From assembly GCF_006345805.1 (NCBI RefSeq), contig NC_043003.1, positions 59,210,001 through 59,274,000 of the forward strand: 64,000 nt of DNA, written 5' to 3'. Both the position numbers and the translations under genes were made by a program. Source of the stretch: Octopus sinensis (Eukaryota). Below are positions 36,020-50,874 of the stretch, piece by piece. The notes beneath the pieces are model-generated. The model did not search any database. It worked only from the letters and a program-made list of their open reading frames with translations, and was not told the origin of the DNA. How positions within the stretch are numbered: position 1 is the first letter of the stretch; the number at the start of each line of letters is the position of its first letter.

Positions 36020-36513
36020 GCGGAATGGTGTAGATATATTCAGGTCTGGACTTTATCTACTCTATTTCCAAATTTGGGATTTTCTTCTCGCATACACAGC
36101 AACTCCAGCTGCGAGCCTTGAACTGTAAAATAACTCTTTTCAGCTTCTCGGGCTCCGATATGGGAAGAATTTGCAACTTTCTACGTCAATAAACCACTAT
36201 TGTACCTGAAAATTGTGTTTTTTATAACTTCTACGGACTGCTCGAAGCTTTCTAACTTCCTAAACCATGATCCTTTGATCTTACCTTTACACACACACAC
36301 ACACATACACACACACACACACACACACGCACACATATACACACATATGCGAGCGCCTGTGCATACACACGTATATACCCACATTAGTATAAATAACATA
36401 TATATGCATACATGTATATGTACACGTCTATCTCTCTCCCTATATATATATATATAAATATATACACACACATATATATATATGTATATATATATACATA
36501 TATATATATAATA

Positions 36514-36555
<42 letters not shown>

Positions 36556-36558
<3 letters not shown>

Positions 36559-36852
36559 TTTCGTATTACCTTTTGTTTTTTGTATTTTTATTCGTGTGGC
36601 ATCGTCCGTTTTTCTATCCTTGTTTCGTATACATTCGATCCTTTTTCCAAGAAATCTAATGCTCGTAGCATAGTTTTTCCTTGGGGCTGGCCGGATCGGA
36701 GCGATCTCAAGATTAATCAATCGAAATTGCAATGATGATCCGGTTCTTGACTGAAGATTAGAGGCTTCGAATGATCCGTCCGTTTTTTGTATCTTCTATT
36801 TGAATGTTTTGCGTTCTTGTCCCATTTTGTATTTTTATTTATATTTTTATAC
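36556..36852 (+). repeat. Second copy of the 29571-29908 repeat
   Basis: Visual alignment; (TA)n on both sides. Confidence 0.7.
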
Positions 36853-38644
36853 ATATATATTATATATATATATATATATAGATATATATATATATATATA
36901 TATATACTTATTATATACATACAAGTTGTAGTCTATACTGAAAAGTTTATTCTTTGCGTGTTTGATCCTTGTCAATGAATTTATATTTGTTGATTTTACT
37001 ATTATATGTGAATCTAAAATGTGCTCTGCTAACCCTATTAAATTACATACATGCCGAAGACACCTTAGAATCGCATAATGTTTCGTTAGATTTATTGTAA
37101 ATGTTTCTTCTATGATATGTTATTGAATAGATATTTGTGTGTTATTGCTACTGATATGATAAAATGATAATAATAAAATGAAACGTAGGTGTATTTCATG
37201 CTTATGTACACACTTCTTTGAACTCTCTCATTGTAAGGTGTTTGTTTAACATCGCGATTCACCCGATTATTCAAATAAACAAACGCCTATTCATGCAATC
37301 GTTCACAAATTCATTCAATCTCTGGTTTAACCACTAATTCGTTTGCTCACTAACACACTCCCTTGCTCATTGACTCGCTTCCCAAAGTAACAACAATCCG
37401 CCCGCACGACAGCCATCGACTATTGTAAAGTAGCACAAGAGTCGATTAAGAGATAATCTGGTAACATTTTTTTTTCTTCTCTTTTTCTGTTGCGGCAATC
37501 ATCGTAAAAATATCTCGCTGACAGAACGTTGCCTTGACAGATATTTAGATAATGTTCGCTATCACACCCTTCTCTATTCTTGTTGACATTACCGGTCTCT
37601 TGTAATATTCTCGACATCGTGTTAACATGTTAACAAGTCAACACAGACCAAGTCGTCATGTCGTTGACGGACCATGCGATGTGTCTGTTGCTATCGCAGT
37701 ATCCAGCAGAAGGAGCGTCATACATCTTTCTCCTCCTCCTAAGCACCACCAACCAACACCTCACACATTTCCTGTGCGGATAGGTTCAACAAAACGTCTC
37801 GGCAACCACGTCAAATGACTTAATTAACGCAAAGATTTAAGAACACAGTGTGTTAAAATGAAAGAAAACAATGACATATGGCAGCCCCGCATTTCCCACT
37901 CGGTCAAACACATCTTAGTGACTTCGAGAGAAAAAAGAAAGGAGAGTGACAAGGATTACCACTCTCTCGCTCTCTCTCGGTCTCCCCCTCTCCCTCTCTC
38001 TCTTTCTCTGTGCGTGTGTGTGTGCGTGTGTATACACACAAACGTGTGCTACTATGCATTCGTAGTTGCTTGTGCGTTTGTGTATGAGCATGCTTGTACA
38101 TAATTACGAGTGTATGTGCCTAAGTGCACATGGGAGGTATACGTGTCAGTGATCCTTCGCGTTTCAATACTGCCGGAGGCGATAGAAGGAACGGCCACCC
38201 ACGGCGCATTTTAACAAGAGTTGAAGGCGAATGAGCACTCACCTGGTGAGACTGGTCATCAAATATATGAAAAAGAGATTCTGACCACCCATAGTCTTTT
38301 CATTAACCTTGTTTTCTTGGTTCAAAAATGTACCAGTTAAGCATAGTGTAACCACATTAATTCTTCGCGGTACATCTTTCTTACTCATCTTATTCATCGG
38401 TGAAATTTAAAATGCAGTTAAAATTTATTATGATAATATCACACTTTTAACTCAATCCATATATGAAAGAATGAAACAATTAAACTACTGCATCTTGTGA
38501 TTACATGACCAACTAAAAATAGCTGCCAAAATTCTTTAAAATTTCCCGCTAACCACGTATTACTAGAGGTGGGAAAAAGTGAAGCACGTAATGTTGTATG
38601 CACTGGCACTGATAAAAAGATATGACGACACAACTGGAATGTTT

Positions 38645-38830
<186 letters not shown>

Positions 38831-39169
38831 TGTCTATGTTCAAATATAAGTACATGCATACTTACATACATGTGTGTGTCTTTATTTTTTTATTTGTCTC
38901 TCTCTCTCTTTCTTTCTCTCTCTCTTCCACTATATCGATACATATATGTATATGCATATATATATATACATGCATATATATATATATATATATATATATG
39001 CATATATAAAAATATATACCTATATCTATATATATTTATTTGTGACATATACACACACGCACATATGCACATACGTATTGAAGTATGTATATGTATACAT
39101 ACATCAATCATATATTTTCGTTACATATACATAGCAATCTATCTATCTATTTACATATATATATATATA

Positions 39170-39242
<73 letters not shown>

Positions 39243-39609
39243 AATGGTGTATGTATGTACATGTCAGTGTGAATGTGTAATATATATTATACATAGAAGA
39301 TGATGTATATACATGTGTGTACGTGTGTGTGTGTAGTATGCATGTTCTGATATGCACACGAGCACACACGCACACAAATAAAGAGGGATGTATTAATGTT
39401 CCCAAGGTATATATTAGGGTTGGCTGAGCGAAGGTTTCGGCAATTTCATAACCGGTTATTAGCGCGAGGCGGTTTAATTGTGTTGCGTTAGAGTATTAGT
39501 TACGTGTGAATAAACATAGGGGGGATTTGTCATTAATATTAGGTCCTTTCGGGGGTGTTAAGCATTTCAGTGAAAGACGGAGTTTCTCTAAGAAAGATTG
39601 TTGCGAGTT

Positions 39610-40141
<532 letters not shown>

Positions 40142-40284
40142 TGACTACGTGGTAAGAAGCTTGCTTACCGACCACATGGCTTCGGGTTCGGTCACACTGC
40201 GTAGTACCCTGAGAAATTGTCGCTTAACATTGCCTCGCGCCGGTCAAGTGGATTTGGAAGATGGAAACTGAAGGAAGCCCATAT

Positions 40285-40353
<69 letters not shown>

Positions 40354-40841
40354 TGTGTGTGTCTGTGTGTACATATATATATATTTAAAGTTGTCTTTTA
40401 CTTGTTTCAGTCCTGAAGCCGTTACTACACTGTGGTACTGTATTAAAGGGTTTTAATTAAAAAATGTTGACCCTAGAAGTCTAGTACTTAATCTATCGGC
40501 CTTCTCACCAAACTGCTAAATTAGGAAGGCGAACAAACTAACGCTGGTAGTCAGACAGTGTTAAGAGGGCTTTTTCACAGTTTCTATTTAACAAAACTAC
40601 TCACAAAGCGCTGGTGACTTGTGTTATATGAAACGACGCTTGTTTGATGTGCAGTTCAGCAAGATGATGTGTCTTGCTCAAAACCACAACGCAGCACCCA
40701 ATCTAGGAATTGAAACCATGATCTCACGATTTTGAGTGCAACGTCTTTACAACTAGGCCATGCATCCTCATATATATACATACATACGTACATACATACA
40801 CACATACATACATATACTTAACATACATATATACATGCATG

Positions 40842-40974
<133 letters not shown>

Positions 40975-41737
40975 ATATATATATGTATGCATACCGTCTT
41001 ATTTCATAAATGTCCGAATAGGTTTCTCTCTTAATATATATTCCATAATATTTATTTGTTTTTAAAACTAGTATATATATCCTAAGCATTTTAGGACCCC
41101 TTACAAAATACATCATTTTTCCCATTCCTTTATTTATTTATCTTACTCCGTATAACAGTCTCAATAGCTGGTCTTTTGTTTTTAAATTTCAACTCACCAA
41201 TTATATCAAACGTTGGACCTTGGCCTATCTCACTTCGGACAACAGGTGGAAGGATGTAACCACCTACTAGTAAATAAATAAAAATAAGACCTTACTGTAT
41301 ATTCACCCGTTCCCCGGCTAAAATCTATAGACGAATGCCACTATTGTTTTTAATTAAAAAAATTATTTATCCATCCTATTCCCCACCCTATGCAAAGGAT
41401 TAATCCACCAATTACTATTTTTATTTTACCCATTTCCTTAATGCCACAAAGATATACACAATGGTATGATTACAACCATATTCAACTTTTCCTTTTTCTT
41501 CTCTCGGCTCTTCTTGTTTATTTATTCTTCACTCTGATGAAACTCCGTGTTTCAGATTGGTTTTATTAACAAATATGATAAATATTATTAGCATATCAAT
41601 GGCAATGCCACACAACATTGGAAGCAGAAACAGCTATTAGATGGGATGCAGTTTATTTGTATTGAATAAATAAATAATGAAAGAACGCACACGGTGTAAT
41701 GTGATGAATACTTCAGAAATAGAGGTTTTTCGTTAAG

Positions 41738-41797
41738 TCTGGCTGACGAGCTTTAAGTATGATTTTCATAGAGAAAGCGAAAGCAATTGATCCCGGA
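41738..41797 (+). ncRNA. Type I hammerhead ribozyme motif
   Basis: Helix I tctgg/ccgga, core CTGACGA 41743-41749, helix II gcttt/aaagc, GAAA 41779-41782, palindromic CAATTG, ATC cleavage triplet (15.2-16.2 pair mismatched). Confidence 0.7.
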
Positions 41798-42032
41798 ATA
41801 TAAGTATTCCTTATTTCTGTAGTTCATACAAGGTAAGCCTATTTCTGTTACGTGTGTTGCATTCTATTTTAATATTGAGTAAATCTGGTTTTAGAGCGAT
41901 AGCTCTCTTTATAATTAGTGGTATTCTAATACCCATCTGAATTTTGTCATTATTTTTACCAATAAAGGTATGAACTTGCTAGCCACTTTATCATTATATT
42001 ATTATTATTAATGGTAATGATAGATATTTAAT

Positions 42033-42080
<48 letters not shown>

Positions 42081-42463
42081 TATTAAATTAGAGGCAAAAC
42101 CACTATTAGGCAAATCATACAATGAAAAACTTAAGCCAATAATAGATTATTTAATTTATATTATTTAAATATATAACAAAAATATATAAAAAAATATAAT
42201 TAATATATCACTACGATCGTTTCATGGCTGTTAATTTCTTTAAATTTTCCGCCAAGATAAATATTTAAACCACCTGATGAATGACTGTAACTCGAAAATT
42301 TAAAGAAATTAACAGCCATGAAACGATCGTAGTGATATATTCATTATATCTTTTTAATAATTTTGTTATATATTTAAATAATATAAATTAAATAATATTA
42401 TGTATTGGCTTAAGTTTTTCATTGTATGATTTGCCTAATAGTGGTTTTGTCTCTAATTTAATA
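42081..42463. mobile_element. Penelope-like pseudo-LTR fold-back (arms 42081-42249 and 42294-42463)
   Basis: Near-perfect inverted arms of about 170 bp with a 44-nt spacer; flanked by (TA)n; contains a hammerhead. Confidence 0.75.
42271..42334 (+). ncRNA. Type I hammerhead ribozyme motif (intact core)
   Basis: cac CTGATGA atgactgt...acagccat GAAA CGATCG TA gtg; palindromic helix III, GUA cleavage site. Confidence 0.8.
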
Positions 42464-43477
42464 TAATATAATATTTTACTATAAAATTGGATTTAATCCT
42501 AAATTCGATTTTTCCCTGTAAGTTTGGATTTCTCCTAATATTTATTTTATTATATATATAATATATATATATATAAGGACATATATGCAGAAGTAAATGA
42601 CATGATTTTAGACGTTGAAACTTTTATAATTATATTATATCAATTTACATCCCAGACAGACCATCATGTTATGTTAGTGGATTTTTTATACCTCAAAATG
42701 TCAAAGAATTAGCACCTGCAATGTGGTTATTGAAGCTATTTTATTAAGACAAATGGAGATGCACTGGATGACGCAAGGAATAACATTTTTCTTCTTTATT
42801 GGAAATAAGAAGCGAAGATTTATGATTAGTTGCAGGCATTGTGACATGTAAAGGTATATTTTGGTAGTGTTAGACTGCGGCAGATGAGCATAGCCTTGTC
42901 GATCATGTAGGCCAATAGTTCAGATTTTTACAAGTACGAGCGCGAGTTACGTATGACTTTTTGCTAGTAGCAAATTACATACCTTTAAATAAATGAGTTA
43001 AATGAAATACCTTCAGCGGATTAATGCTTAATGCGTCTACTGAAAGTCAAAAAGTTAATTTCGTTTGTTTTTCTTTCATTTGATATATATTAATATTTTC
43101 GTCAGATATAATAGTACTTATTAAATGTTAGAAAATGAGGATGGAGTTTATTTGAGAAAATAAATACTTCATTCTTCATTGAGATAACTTACGGGTGACA
43201 TTAAAAATGAAAAGTATATGAACAAACAACACAGATCTCTGGAAATATTTTCAGTTGTTATTTGAAACAAAACTTGAAAAATTCTTTCTTAATTTTATGG
43301 CAGAAAAATATTAATGAGTTGAACAAATTTTAGAATATCATGAATAACATAAACCGCACATTCAATTTAATATATATTACAAAAGCATCTGAACACTTTC
43401 TTTTTGGAATGCTGAAGATGGAAAGAAATGAGAAATTTTAAACTGATATGTACTTTAAGCATTGTGACATATACTCT

Positions 43478-43684
43478 TTTTCTCTTTTACTTGTTTCAGT
43501 CATGTGACTGTGGCCATGCTAGAGCACCGCCTTTAGTCGAGCAAATCGACTTCAGGACTTATTCTTTGTAAGCCTAGTACTTATTATATCGATCCGTTTT
43601 GCCGAACCGCAAAGTTACGGGGACGTAAACACACCAGCATCGGTTGTCAAGGGATGTTGGGGGGACAAACACAGACACACAAAT

Positions 43685-43728
<44 letters not shown>

Positions 43729-43790
43729 TTATATACATATATACAACGGAACCATGTGATTCGTAAGCAAACTACTTACCACACAGCCTC
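43478..43790 (-). mobile_element. SINE family B with internal deletion
   Basis: Tail and microsatellite as in 62030-62490; head reduced to ggaaccatgtg...cttaccacacagcc. Confidence 0.8.
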
Positions 43791-44294
43791 TCCTACTAAT
43801 AACTTCTGTTAATATTGTACCTCGAGAATCATATATTACAGTTAACATCCAATATGAGCAAGCCTCCCAAATCCTTCGTGAGGTTATTGACAAGAAAAAG
43901 TGAGGAGACTTTTAATCAGCGATAGAATTCAGGATTTAAACTTAAACTGGGAATCTAAAAGCCATTGCCCACCAAGATCTGAAAGTATGTAGCTGTCTAT
44001 TAGAAGTTTCTGAATTCCACTGAACGCTAGGACTTATTTTCAAAACTAAACGTATCTTGCCGAGTTCATCCAAAAATTTGGCGTATGTTATTACACGCGA
44101 AAGTTGGCCAAATTGGCCGCTACATTTCGTAGAGAAATGAAGTGATGCTGCACCGAGACAGAAATACATTAGTAAAAAAAGAACAAAAAAGCAACTTAAT
44201 TAAGTACCAGTTACGCACTGGGTCGATGTAATCGACTGAACCCCTCCCCGAAAATTTCTGGCCTTGTGCCTAGAGTAGAAAAGAATATATATGT

Positions 44295-44349
<55 letters not shown>

Positions 44350-44752
44350 ACGCACACACTCACACACACACACACACTCACACACACACATAACATATAT
44401 AATATATATATATGTATGTATTTATATATGTATGTATACTTTTTTATCTATTTATCTATTGTTAACAAATTTTGTGTTTATATATGAACCCCTTCGACTC
44501 CTATTTTACTTGGATAGATGCTCACAACCATTTGATGTTTGAAAGATCCTGTTATGCTTTCATAATTAAATATTACTATGAATTGTATAAAACAATTGTT
44601 AAAGTATTGAGTAGATTTCATAAACAAAATTTGGAAGCCACGAATGCGTTGGGATTTTACAGACATGAAATTAAGTTTGGAAATCAGTATAGCTGTGAAA
44701 ACAACAGAGAAAGATGGGGTATTTACCCTTAGAAGATGGAAAAAAGTTGCCT

Positions 44753-44867
44753 GCAGGCGGCTACGAGGAATCGAGTTCCGTACTCCTCAGATACCGACTG
44801 AGTTATCTAACCCTGAAGCTAAACAGCCCCTGTCAATAATTACCGTCGAGTCCAGATAGCCGCCTGC
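44753..44867. other. Unexplained GC-rich structured element closed by an 11-bp perfect inverted repeat
   Basis: gcaggcggcta (44753-44763) / tagccgcctgc (44857-44867); internal hairpins; function unknown. Confidence 0.5.
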
Positions 44868-45460
44868 TAATAACTAAATACTCAGTTTTTCTCACTGCTA
44901 TTTTCAGTTACACTGCGTTTGAAATTTACTTTCTACTCCTTAAAATAGTTAAAATGATATAGAAAGAAAACCAATTTACTGCACATAAAATTTCTTCGCC
45001 GGTCTAGTTTTTGTGTTCAATAATGTTTACAACACTCGCGCTGCTTCCAATTCATATCTGAATATATTCCTATATACGCTTCGTGCGGACACGCCAGCAG
45101 ATGGTTTTTACACCATTTTAGATATAGTCGTAGACAGGCTATTCAATTTCGGTTCTAACACGTGATGTTAATAAGCCACAACTATGGCGAAACATCGATA
45201 TCCATCGCTCCTGAACAGGACCTGGTGTGAGTTGAGTTGAGTCTGTCCATGACTAAAACTTTCACGTGTTATAAGAATCGGCGCTTTGAAATAATTATCT
45301 TCATTGCGTCGAATCGCAGCAGACCCGACCGGCGAAAAGGCAAAACACATACATTGTGTATGTGTGTTCGATAGTGTTTACAACATTATCTAATTCATAT
45401 TTGCGCCTGTGTATCGTTGGCGATTTTCTTCTGTCTTCCCTTCCTTTGGACTTTCCTCTA

Positions 45461-45493
45461 TTTCTGAAGAAGAGCAAGGCTCGAAACGTTAAA
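45461..45493 (+). ncRNA. Minimal type I hammerhead ribozyme motif in a pseudo-LTR-like fragment (about 45380-45595)
   Basis: ttt CTGAAGA a gagc aag gctc GAAA cgtt aaa; same layout as the minimal hammerheads known from Penelope-like pLTRs. Confidence 0.7.
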
Positions 45494-45726
45494 CCCTTTT
45501 TCCTTCCTTTCCTGAGCGTCTGGTAATACAGTACTTGTATCACGTCCGCTCGCGTCTTGATTTTTTTTGTTTGTTCTTCTTTGCTTGGATTCACTATATA
45601 TATATATATATATATTATATATAATATATATATATATATATGTATGTATGTATATACATACTACATACATCCATACATGCATATTATATATATATATTAT
45701 TATATATACATATACACCACACACAC

Positions 45727-45788
<62 letters not shown>

Positions 45789-47431
45789 TATATATGTGGT
45801 GTGTGTGTGTGTGTATATATATGCCCAACCACACGAAACGGAGTCAATGCCCAACCGGTTATCCAAATGGCAGGAATCGACGTAGATACATTCTCTTCGC
45901 TGCACACTGCCGAAGATGGGCCTTTGCGCTTGAAGGTATTTCAACTTTCATCTTTGCGTTGTTAGAAACTCTTCTCATTTCCTCTTTCATGTCCTTTCTT
46001 TCTTTCTTTCTTGTGAGATTGCTGCCATCAATGTTTCCTTTAAATGTTTATGACTGCAGGAAGCGTATGAACAGGGCAAGAATTTCAGGGACATGAGATA
46101 GCGAACAGGGCGAGCCTGCAGACGTTGGACATCAGAAAGGTGATAGGAGAAAAGCAGATGAGTATGCAGGGAACCCTTTAGTGGACGTGGAATAAATCTA
46201 TGCAGGTTCATGGGGTAAAAGCTTTTATTGTAGCGGTAGAAAAAACAAAACAATGAGTTAACACAACTGTGGGCCAGAAGCCGCATCATTACTCTGAATG
46301 ACTTTATACCCATGGTGGATTCATAACTATCAACTTATTTTACGTTTAAGTGTATCTAAACTCAAAACATATGCTTACATATATATGTGTTCTAAAATAT
46401 TTATAATTACTCGCTCTAAGATACGAATAAAATACGCCTACGTACACTCATGCTTTGCAGGCACAAACTTGTATGTGTTGTGCGTATGTATATAAAAGTG
46501 GGGACGAATTGACAGAGGCACGAATATAATATATTGATATAATATATTGGTATATCTTCAGGTGCTTCAAAAATTTTAATTGATATTATAATACCTGTGA
46601 AGTGACTTGATATCAAGCTGAATATCTTCAACAATGAGTGCATCTTTTGGGGCAATGTATTCAATTAATGAGTATGATATATATATATATATATATATAT
46701 ATAGATATATATATATATATATATATATGCATGTACCTATACGTGTGTTGTAGATCTATATTATTCTTACACACACATATAGACCGACGTAGATGGAAAT
46801 GTGCATATATATATATGTATATATATATACATATATATATATACATACATACATACATACATATATATATATATACATATATATGTCTGTATGTATATAT
46901 ATGTATATATGTATGTATCTATGTATGTATTTTCTGCACAAACTTCCCCTCACACAAGCACATACACACTCATATACACACACTCACATACACACACTTA
47001 CACACACGCTCACACATATATATGAGTGTATGTGTGTGAGTATGGTGAGGGGGTGTAATCTTGAAATGATTCAGAAATTAACAAAGGAAATGCCAGCACC
47101 TAACTTATCATCCGTACCCTCACTTTAAATATTACTTCTTGGATAATTTGAGAATATTTTAAGTGTTTCCAAGTGTTTAGATATAAAAAGCACAACAAAT
47201 TTTAAATAAGAAAAATTAATTACTCATTCAGTTTGCAAGTGTATTCATTCAACATATACACACTCACGCCACATACTCCCTCACATCTCTCCCCCTTCTT
47301 TTCTTTCTCTTCTCTCTCTTTATATGTACATATGTGTATATATGTATACTTGTATATTGTATACTTGTATATATGTATTATATGCGATATATATATGCTT
47401 ATATGTCATTATATATATGTATATGTAGGGC

Positions 47432-47490
<59 letters not shown>

Positions 47491-48312
47491 ATATATCCAT
47501 GCATACATTCATATATGTGTGTGTGTGTGTGTTTGTGCGTCTGTGTATGTATGCATGAAACGTGCCGTTACGTATTTAGAAGATGAGATTATAATGATTA
47601 AATGCTAATTATTCTCGTTTATCTCATAACTCATGGTTCAAATTACACACACACACGCACGCACTCACACACATACAAACGAATAAGAAATGAATTGTTT
47701 TACTATTTTAAATTATATTAATTTAAACATGTACGTAATGCAATTACGGACTGTATATTAGTCATAAGAATTTACGTTTTGCAGTTCAAGAGAATTTGGG
47801 AAATTAATTTAATGTTAATAATTAATTTAGTGCTCAATTAAGGTTAACTAATCACTTATATTTGCTTATATCTATCTTAAGTCTTCTTCCGAAAAAAAAC
47901 TTAGCTATTTACGAACTCAAGAGTTATAAGAACGAACCGCATCATAGATGCAAACGTAGATGCTCACCATCTGCAGCTTAAGATTTATTGAAATTGTCTT
48001 TGAAACTGTTGGCTATCTTGACCGTTCTCTGTCAAGGCACCCACAATAATATCATAAGAGTATGGAGTGAAATAGAGACATTTATCCTTTGTCGAAAAAG
48101 AGCAGGTCAATTATTGCCGTAGATATTTTAGAATGGCATTCCATGTGAATATCCTGTAAAGGGTGTAGTTCCCAATAGAATTTGATTAAAGCAGGCTAAT
48201 CTTATGCGACATCTTTACAGAGACCCTGAACAGTGTCTTTGGCTACCATCTTACCTCATGTGATTAAGGCATTAAAATTAATTGCCATGGTAGCATATCA
48301 TATGGCAAATAC

Positions 48313-49209
48313 ACAGGGTGTTTGGGCTCCATTTGACAACATTCATGTCTTCTGTTTTCAAGAAGAACATGATGTATTGGGGAACAGTCAACGGTGTTGG
48401 AGAACATAAAAATTAAGGTTGTAGTTGAGAAACACTTAGTTGGCATGGAGGACTGAAAGCCATCGGAAGACTGGAAAAAAGTTAGCCAAATCATGATGAT
48501 TCGTGCCGGGTATTAAAATGATGACATCATGACTGCCGCTCAATGTTCTTTGAATATCGAAAGGTTTATAGGACGTGATATGGACAGCTGCAAAGGAGAC
48601 TACGAAGCAATGGTTAGCAGGAAAAGACACAGTAGGCGTTCTGACTACATCTGCACGTCTCAATTGATACCCAACCAAATGAACAGTGCCTTTGGCTTAA
48701 TTTCGATAGTTATGTGAAGCTATTGGAGACTGTGGGCAATCCCTGACTGGAGAGGATTGCTGTTGCAAGGCTCTATGTATGATAGCAGGATTTGGTGCGC
48801 CGCCATAGCTCTGGAAAGAGGCAGAAGTGTTTGTCAGAAAATTTCTACGACTTCACAAGCCCCAATTTATGACTTTCTAATCCTACCATCATTGTAATAC
48901 TATGGCTTATTATGTTTGGGGGGCGGTTGAAAAAGACACCATCCGCTCTGCATACAACACTAAGGCCGAGCTGGTGTCCAAGATCAAAGAATTGTTCCAA
49001 GATCTTCTTGACAGTGAGGAACGCATGCGCTAGGTACCAGAAAGAAGCAGCGGACGGCTGTTTTGAGTAAACTGTTATCTCCCAGTCATAGTCTCGTTGA
49101 TAATGTTTGATTTAAAATAAAAACAAAAATCCTTTTTTTATTTGGAACGGATATTATATTTCCGTTTCGTTTAATGGAAACCGTTAAAAATTTAACCCGA
49201 ATACCCAGT
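48313..49209 (+). mobile_element. maT-like (DD37D-type) transposon, internally deleted and decayed
   Basis: GDYEAMVSRKRHSRRSD; YVKLLETV...QDL...HSSGKRQK.LSENFYDFTSPN...YYVWGAVEKDT...TKAELVSKIKE; degenerate TIRs acagggtgtttggg / cccgaatacccagt. Confidence 0.8.
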
Positions 49210-50510
49210 TCAAACTCTCTTAATTTGATCCTTCAAGGGTTAATGCAATTTGAAAACTGCTATTTTCCACTCGTTCAGCAATAGATATTCAGCTTTCAGG
49301 ATTTGATGATGCAATGCATAATAGAAAAACCAGAAAAACCGATAATTTATAAGTCAACATGTTGGAAAAGGAAGATAAATTCGTTCCACCTGTTCCCCAA
49401 ACGGAGAGGTTAATGATGTATAGAATTTCCCATTACTACAAGAATATATTTATAAGTGACCGAACAATTCCATGCTATCTAATCTCTTCATCGTTCTGTA
49501 ATGAAAGAAGTATACTGTATTTTGTAATTGTCCATAGCAGAAAGTTATAACACATTTATGTTAAGGCCTCTTTGCATAACATTAATAATTGGTTGAGTTT
49601 GGCTTACTATCACCTGCGGGCAACATATTAAATGAAAGTGTCTAATTAAATTGCTATCCTTAAAATATGGAATTTGGATACAATTCAAAATTATCTATAT
49701 ATTGTTAATCGATTTTCGTCTGAGTCGCAATGAGAAATTTACCAGAAGTCATCTTCCATGATAATTAAAAACACCCATGAGAACATTTTTTAAGGCGCTG
49801 ACATTATCATAGAAATCACATTTTAGTTATCTATATATTATTCATTTACATTGTTCTTACTTATGTAAAGTAATTTATCTAACATTGTGTAGTCGGTTAT
49901 CAACGCGGTTCCGACTTTACTGTGTAAATAGATTACTCTCGTTCTAAAGACACTGATCAAGTATCCCATATTCTTATATATTTTAAACTTGTCCCATAAA
50001 TCCTCCTCATTTTTAATACTATAGAATGCAAAACAAAGAATAATTTCTTGTTATTTCTAACTGTTCAAGAGGGTCCTGTGTTTGTTCTGGACAATGCCAG
50101 TATGACAGAGACAGTAAGTATTCTGAATTTTAAATGGTTTTTCTGTTGTATTTACATTCCAAAACCTAATGGTTGCGATACAAGAATCATATTCATGGCC
50201 CATAAATAAGTATCAGTAATTCTCGGTCCTGAAGTCACTGTGCAAAACCTATCCACTGATAGTTTTTTCTACTATTGGTAAAAACGCATGAAATTTTGTG
50301 GCAGGGTGCAAAACCAACCTCAGCAGGATTTTTTATTTAGAACATAAAGCCGGAAGACATACTGCAAAACAGTTTGTCCGGTGTGGTAGCGACCCTGCCA
50401 GTTCGTCGCCTTCTTTTTTCAATTAATAATGCGTCACTTGGACAAATAGAATTCGATTTGTTTGTGCTGCAACAAACTGCAGTTCATATGCCTTCTATCA
50501 TCATATATAT

Positions 50511-50565
<55 letters not shown>

Positions 50566-50874
50566 TATATAATATATAGGTATATATATCTATATGTATA
50601 TGCATATATGTAGTATATCTATATGTATATGCATATATGTATGTATGCATGTGTGAGGTGATCATAGCTATCCCAGTACTTATTTTATAGATCCAATCCA
50701 TATTCATCGAGTAGCTTACGCTTTTTGCAGAGCCCCGATTTCGTAACCAGTGAAGTTTTGTCACATAAATACAAACAGGCATATGTATGTGTTTATGTAT
50801 TGTATATGTGTCAGCGTGTCTGTTGAGTGTTGATCAAACAAACCTATAAGTAACATTTTTCCTACATAGGCTTA

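Noticed and set aside
43942-44169. Candidate host exons at 43942-44169, 36030-36285, 18480-18620 and 59949-60155
   Set aside because: Short open frames in unique-looking sequence, but no recognisable homology; they cannot be supported without RNA-seq or BLAST.
44780-44802. CTGAGGA on the minus strand as a hammerhead core
   Set aside because: No GAAA or helix III follows.
44807-44814. CTAACCCT as a telomerase RNA template within the structured element
   Set aside because: Only about 30-40 nt separate it from the closing stem, with no U-rich/A-rich pseudoknot, CR4/5 or H/ACA features visible.
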